From: Neovahlkampfia damariscottae | Taxonomy: Eukaryota | DNA: 64,000 nucleotides | Direction of reading: 5' to 3' | NCBI GenBank assembly: GCA_016618085.1 | Contig: JABLTG010000002.1 | Coordinates: forward strand, 124,001-188,000 | Shown: piece after piece, positions 58,585 to 64,000 of the stretch | Layout: each line of letters starts with the position of its first letter | Position numbering within the stretch: position 1 is the first letter of the stretch | Notes under the pieces: generated by a model | What the model was told of the DNA's origin: nothing | What the model saw: only the letters and a program-made list of their open reading frames with translations | Databases searched by the model: none | Position numbers and translations under genes: made by a program

Positions 58585-59673
58585 ATGGCGTTTACACCAG
58601 TAGAATCATCACTTGGAGGAATACTCTTAGCACTTTCAGTCAATGGCCACTTACTTTTTCATGGCAAAGTCACTGGAATGAGTGGTTTTGTTGCTTCAGT
58701 TGCGAGATTTAATAAAACATTAAAAGAAGAGTGGTATCTCAAAGCTAGTTATATTTTTGGTTTAATTTTTGGTGGTTTTATTTTAAGTATAATACCAGAA
58801 TTCTCAGCACAAGCTTTTAATCCAGGTCAAGTTGTAATCCAAAACGAACAATGGATTTACTTCGTTTTTTGTGGTATTTTGGTTGGTTTTGGTACACAAT
58901 TAGGATCAGGATGTACTTCAGGTAATTTTAATCAAATAATTAAATATTAGGACATATGTTATGTGGTCTAGCTAGATTATCACAAAGATCTTTCATCGCT
59001 GTACTTTCATTTTGCGGAACTTGTTTCTTTTTTGTCAAATATTATAGCACACCACAATTCATTGCTAAAATATATCAAATTAAAATTGAAAAATTCTCGA
59101 TATCTTACCCAAGTGCTGAAAGAATCATTTACATGGCAGGCTTGGTAGTGCTCATTCTCGCTATTTATGGATTGATCATTTATTTTCAAGACTCATTCAA
59201 CAAAGTCGTTGAAAATGAAATATTACATATTTTAAATGGTTTTGTTTTTGGTGTTGGACTTGGATTTAGTGGAATGACAAGTTTGAATTTACAATATTTA
59301 ATCAAATTTTTTAGAACCACAAAAAGTGCTTGGTTTCTTTGATATGGGTGAAAATTGGGATCCTTCATTGATGTGTATTATAGTATTTGCTATACTTCCT
59401 TCAATTTGGACATTTACTCATCCAGAAGTAAAACACAACAAAAGGAAACCACTCTTTTCATCACAATTTTCACTTCCAACAAGAAGTGACATAAATTTAC
59501 CTTTAATCATTGGAGCAATATTGTTTGGAACAGGCTGGGGTATTTTTGGTTTATGTCCTGGACCTGCTTTAGTTGTTTTACCAACAATGAAATTACCACT
59601 TTTTATTTATGTTGGTAGTATCGTTATTGGAATTTATTTGTATGATTTTTATCAATCATTGATATCAAAATAA
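58585..59673 (+). CDS. Two-module YeeE/YedE sulfur-compound transporter
   Basis: GKVTGMSG, GFGTQLGSGCTS/GHMLCG, SGMT/KPQKVLGFFD..WDPSL, LFGTGWGIFGLCPGPA; introns 58922-58950 and 59281-59314. Confidence 0.9.
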
Positions 59674-59781
59674 ATGTAAATAACAAATTTTTCTTTTCAA
59701 AATTTTTTCTTCCAATTCAAAACGTCGAATTAAACAAATTCTGGTTTGACCAATCATCAATTTCTTCTTTTCAAAATAAAT

Positions 59782-59943
59782 ATGAGCATGTCTCAAGAAA
59801 CTTTGTACATAACAGTAGCTTCACTTTTTGGTTTGATTATGTTTTGCTTTATGATAGTATTCATGTATTTTTTGCTATATTCCTCTCAACCTCAACACCA
59901 AAATTATAGAAGAGTGAAAAATCATGAACCAAAAAATGAATAA
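59782..59943 (+). CDS. Small single-pass membrane protein
   Basis: 53-aa ORF with one hydrophobic helix; CCAAT about 30 nt upstream. Confidence 0.45.
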   Translation: MSMSQETLYITVASLFGLIMFCFMIVFMYFLLYSSQPQHQNYRRVKNHEPKNE

Positions 59944-60046
59944 CTTAATTTTTTAGAACTTTCTAATCCTCAAAAATTATCAATAAAAACTTCCAAAAAA
60001 ATAACAAAATCCTATTGGTGTTTTCATCGGAGTTATTGGGAAAATA

Positions 60047-60637
60047 ATGGCGACTCTCGCAACATTTGGTGCTGGTTGTTTCTGGTGTGTAGAAGCTTGT
60101 TTTCAAAGATTAAAAGGTGTCAAAACTGTAAAAAGTGGTTACATGGGTGGTTCAGTGTCCAATCCATCTTATCAAGCTGTTTGTAGTGGCAAAACTGGTC
60201 ATGTTGAAGGTAATTATTAACATTTTATGTTTTAATTTCTTTCAAGTTATTCAAGTTGACTTTGATCCAAAAATTATTACTTTTGAAGATTTATGTTCAT
60301 GTTTCTTCCTTTCTCATGATCCTACTCAATTAAATAGACAAGGAAATGATGTTGGTACACAATATAGGTAAAATTAAAATATTATTAACAACAAAGATCT
60401 GCAATTTTTTATCATGATAATGAACAAAAAGATGTAGCTACAAAACTAAAAGATGAATGTCAAAAATCAGTTTCTTCTCCAATTGTAACAGAAATTACAG
60501 CAGCATCAACATTTTATGTAGCTGAAGATTATCATCAAAACTACTTTAACATGAATCCAAATCAAGGATATTGTCAACATGTTGTAAAACCAAAAGTTGA
60601 AAAATTTAAAAAAGTATTTCTTTCAAAATTAAAATAA
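60047..60637 (+). CDS. msrA: Peptide methionine sulfoxide reductase A (Cys form)
   Basis: [49 protein letters not shown]; two introns. Confidence 0.95.
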
Positions 60638-60638
60638 A

Positions 60639-61266
60639 TTACTCTTTGTCTATTACTTTATTTATAAATTCTAATCTTTTTGAAAGAAACTTCAAATCAT
60701 TTTTTGCTTCAATAATTTTTAATTTATTTCCTTCTTTCAAATGATACACTAAATTATTTTCAATTTCATTTTTTACATTATTTATATCTTTTATTCTTTC
60801 ATTTCTTTCAATTTCATCTTCATTTTTAACTTTCCATGTTTCATATTGAAGTGTTCTTAAAGAAACTGCTTTATCCTTTTTTTGGACAATTTAATTTCAA
60901 TATTTTTATTTACTCTTCTATATCTACACCTTATAAATGATTTAATTTCTTCTTGACAGTATTTATCAAATCTCATTTTTAGTTGACAAATTAGTGCTGT
61001 GTCTAAATCTCTTTCACATAAATTTATTCCTTTTTTTTTTTTAATTTTCAATTAAATTTACCCATAAATGATTGTTGTGGTAAATCTTTTGGTAAAACTT
61101 TGCCAGTGAATGAAGTTGGATATGCCATATCAAATTCAGAAAACTTATAATCATTTTTATAAAAATCAGGTAGATCTGATATATCATTTACATCAAAATC
61201 ATATTCTTCTTTTTCATATTCATATGTTTTTTTTCTTTGTCTCCTTAAATTTTTTGAAGGAATCAT
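60639..61266 (-). CDS. Twin-CX9C-containing protein
   Basis: C-ERDLDTALI-C and C-QEEIKSFIR-C in the middle exon; three exons. Confidence 0.55.
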
Positions 61267-61353
61267 CTTTTTTAAGTTTTTCTTTTTTATTTTGGTTGGT
61301 GGAAAAAGCTTGATTTTATTGGTTTATTTCATCGTTCAGTTTGTATTTTTAAA

Positions 61354-62713
61354 ATGTCAACACTGAAAGGAAAGAAAAAAGAGGTAAACCCTTATCCAGT
61401 ATTTGGCGTACCTTTTGATCCTGAAGCCGAAAAACCACCAAAATTTGTCACTGATATTATAGATTATTTAGAAGAAAATGCGCTTCATTTAGAAGGACTA
61501 TTCAGAATACCAGGTGATACTGATATCATGGAAAAAGCAAAAAAGGTTATAGAATCATGTATTTATTTATTTTATTTTTTTTTATTTTTAAGCACTGGAA
61601 TACGATTTTGATGAATTAAAAGGAGGACCAAATACTCATAATATTGCTGGTTTATTCAAATTATATTTTCGAGAATTACCAGAACCACTCTTAGGTTATG
61701 ATTATTATGATATGTTTGTTGCAGCCCAAATGATACCTGAAGAAGAAGCAAGATTAATTTGTGTCAAGAAGATTTTAGCATTTTTATCAAAAGGAAACTT
61801 TGTTTTATTAAAAGCATTATTTTCATTTTTAAAGAAAGTATGTGATAAATCTGATATTAATAAAATGACACCTTCAAATGTAGCAGTTTGTTTTGCACCA
61901 AATATTTTAAAAACACCAAATAAAACAACAGATTTAAATGAAATGATGCAACATTCTGCTCTAACAAATAAATTAACAGAATCATTAATTCAACACTATA
62001 CAACATTTTTTGTAAACTCAGAAGCAAAACCAAAACCACCACCAAGAAGAAGTGTTAAAACAGATGAAATACCAAATACATCAGAATCATCAAATATATC
62101 TAAAAGAAGTTCAATAACAAAAGAAGAAATACTTGCTGTTCAATCAAAAGACTCAATGATGAATTTACTTGAAAAAAATAAAAATGAAAATGTTGAAAAT
62201 CAAAATGAAATATCAAAGTATAGTATTGATGTAGAAAATAAAAAATTAGATGAATTTGAAAAATATTTATTAAAGAGAAAAGAAGAATTAGATGAATTTG
62301 AAAAAGAGTTAAATGAAAGAGAAAAACAATTAAAAAAAAAAGAAGAAAGTTTAAAAAAAAAAGAAGAAAAATTAAAAAAAGAAATTGAATCAAAATCAAC
62401 TTCAAAATTACAACCAAAGAATTATGCTTCAAAATCAAGTTCACATTCACCACCTCCTATTATTAAAGTACCTGAAGTTAGAGGTGCAAGTAAATCATTT
62501 GATAAAACAGAAACATCAAATAATGAAAAAGAATTTGAAAAACCAAGATCACTTTCAATACAAGAAAGAATGAAATTGTATAAACAAAATTCAGCTGAAA
62601 AAAAAGAAATTGATGTTGATTCAAGAAAATCTGTAATGATGTTGAAAACTAATTCAATTGTAAAAGAAAGTTCAAAAACTTGGAAGAAAAATGAAAGTAA
62701 AACTCTTAAATAA
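61354..62713 (+). CDS. RhoGAP with C-terminal coiled coil
   Basis: VFGVP, EGLFRIPG (arginine finger), KLYFRELPEPL, NKMTPSNVAVCFAPNI. Confidence 0.93.
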
Positions 62714-62778
62714 ATTTCATTCGTTCATTTTTTAATTCATTTTTATTGGTCGAAGGAAATAAAGTTTAAAAATAAAAC

Positions 62779-63636
62779 ATGTTTAGAAATCAATACGATA
62801 CTGACGTTACAACTTGGAGTCCAGGTAAATTGAATTTTATTTAATAATATAAATCAAAGCTGGAAGATTACATCAAGTTGAATATGCAATTGAAGCAGTA
62901 AAACAAGGAAGTGCTGCTGTTGGTTGTAAGTCTGATACTCATGTGGTTTTAGCATCTCTTAAAAGATCACCACATTCAGAATTATCATCATATCAACAAA
63001 AGTTATATAAAATTGATAACCATATGGGAATTGCAATTGCAGGTCTTGCTGCAGACGGAAGAGTTTTAGCAAAATATTTGAGAACAGCATGTCTTAATCA
63101 TCTTTATATTTATGAACAACCAATTCAAGTTGGAAGACTTGTTCTTAAACTTTCTGACAGTGAAAAAAAAAAAAAAAAAAATTAATTTTTACAAGAATCA
63201 CAAGTATCAACACAAAGATCAAGCAAAAGACCATTTGGTGTTGGATTATTAGTTTCAGGATATGATGTACATTTTTTATTCTTTTTTATTTTTTCAACAG
63301 AAAACTGGTACACATTTATATCAAACTGAACCATCTGGAAATTATTATTCATATAAAGCAATTGCAATTGGAGCACGTTCACAAAGTGCTAAAACATATT
63401 TAGAAAAGAATTATGAAAGTTTTCCAAATTGTAGTAAAAAAGACTTAATCAAACATGCACTTTTAGCACTTCAAGGGACAACTGGAGATAATGTTGAATT
63501 AAATGCTAAAAATACATCACTTTCTGTTGTTTCAAAAGATGGATATGAAACATATGATGATGAAAAAGTAGAAGAATGGTTGGAACTTTTAAAAGGAGAA
63601 GAAGAAGATAAAATGGAAGAAACAATTGAAGAATAA
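62779..63636 (+). CDS. PSMA1: 20S proteasome subunit alpha-6
   Basis: [45 protein letters not shown]; three introns. Confidence 0.95.
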
Positions 63637-63638
63637 AT

Positions 63639-64000
63639 TTATTTTTTTAAAATTAACTTTATATATTTTGAATAACAATCATGATTCTCTTGTAATTGTA
63701 AAAATTCAAATCTATATTCTGCTTTTAATTGTTTTGTTAAATTTTCAAATTTTTCAAATAAATCATTCAACAATGACAATGATGATATTTTAACAAATTC
63801 AGAATAATTAAATCTACAAAGATTCATTAATATTTCAAATATCTCTTCTCTTAATATTGTATTATTTGAAATTAATTCTTCATTTTCATTTAATATTTTT
63901 TTTAATGTTGAAATTGTTATCAATCCAACATTATGACTCAATTGTTTTTGGAATTTCATTTTATTTTTTACACGATCTTCAAATGTCTTTTCTTTTACTG
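63639..64000 (-). CDS. 3' end of a hypothetical helical-repeat protein (partial)
   Basis: Open frame running off the window end and closing at 63639. Confidence 0.5.
   Translation of the reverse strand, partial: VKEKTFEDRVKNKMKFQKQLSHNVGLITISTLKKILNENEELISNNTILREEIFEILMNLCRFNYSEFVKISSLSLLNDLFEKFENLTKQLKAEYRFEFLQLQENHDCYSKYIKLILKK

Noticed and set aside
60047..60637. Selenocysteine form of MsrA
   Set aside because: The catalytic codon is TGT (GCFW) and there is no room for a SECIS.
21412..63636. Proteasome gene cluster (PSMA3, PI31, PSMA1)
   Set aside because: Separated by unrelated genes over 42 kb; compatible with chance in a dense genome.
1..64000. CRISPR arrays, tRNA or rRNA genes, alternative genetic code
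   Set aside because: No repeat-spacer arrays or cloverleafs seen by eye; TAA, TAG and TGA all terminate conserved genes at expected positions.

Overview
Very AT-rich, extremely compact eukaryotic (protist-like) genomic DNA. It holds about 50 protein-coding genes with tiny GT-AG introns (mostly 22-45 nt), several micro-exons, intergenic gaps often under 50 nt, and a CCAAT/ATTGG motif just upstream of almost every start codon. The standard code is used, except for one UGA read as Sec. Recognisable housekeeping genes: RhoGEF, HMG-box, bromodomain, MZT1, PP1 inhibitor-3, ZFYVE26-like, DP, TLC, TBC, PLGRKT-like, PSMA3, PI31, Rab32/38, Pumilio, C2-kinase, Mpp10, TFIIA-large, DDX10, CaCA exchanger, Thg1-like, LYR, SNAPC5-like, SFR1-like, DOCK, RhoGAP and PSMA1. 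Unusual content: (1) a 2154-bp hAT-type element (15-bp TIR, 8-bp TSD) with no transposase, carrying two divergent orphan genes, one with a putative Cys-His-Asp triad and one with a SAM domain; (2) next to it, an internally deleted Ty3/Gypsy element; (3) a Sec-GPx with a SECIS, followed co-directionally by a YeeE/YedE sulfur transporter and MsrA; (4) a single-gene Mre11/SbcD-Rad50/SbcC fusion; (5) a cullin-repeat-like/OGFr fusion; (6) a truncated topoisomerase II fragment beside a foldback element; (7) a candidate zero-length-exon (recursive) intron in the Rab gene. All family calls come from reading motifs by eye; no database searches were run, and exon boundaries are manual.
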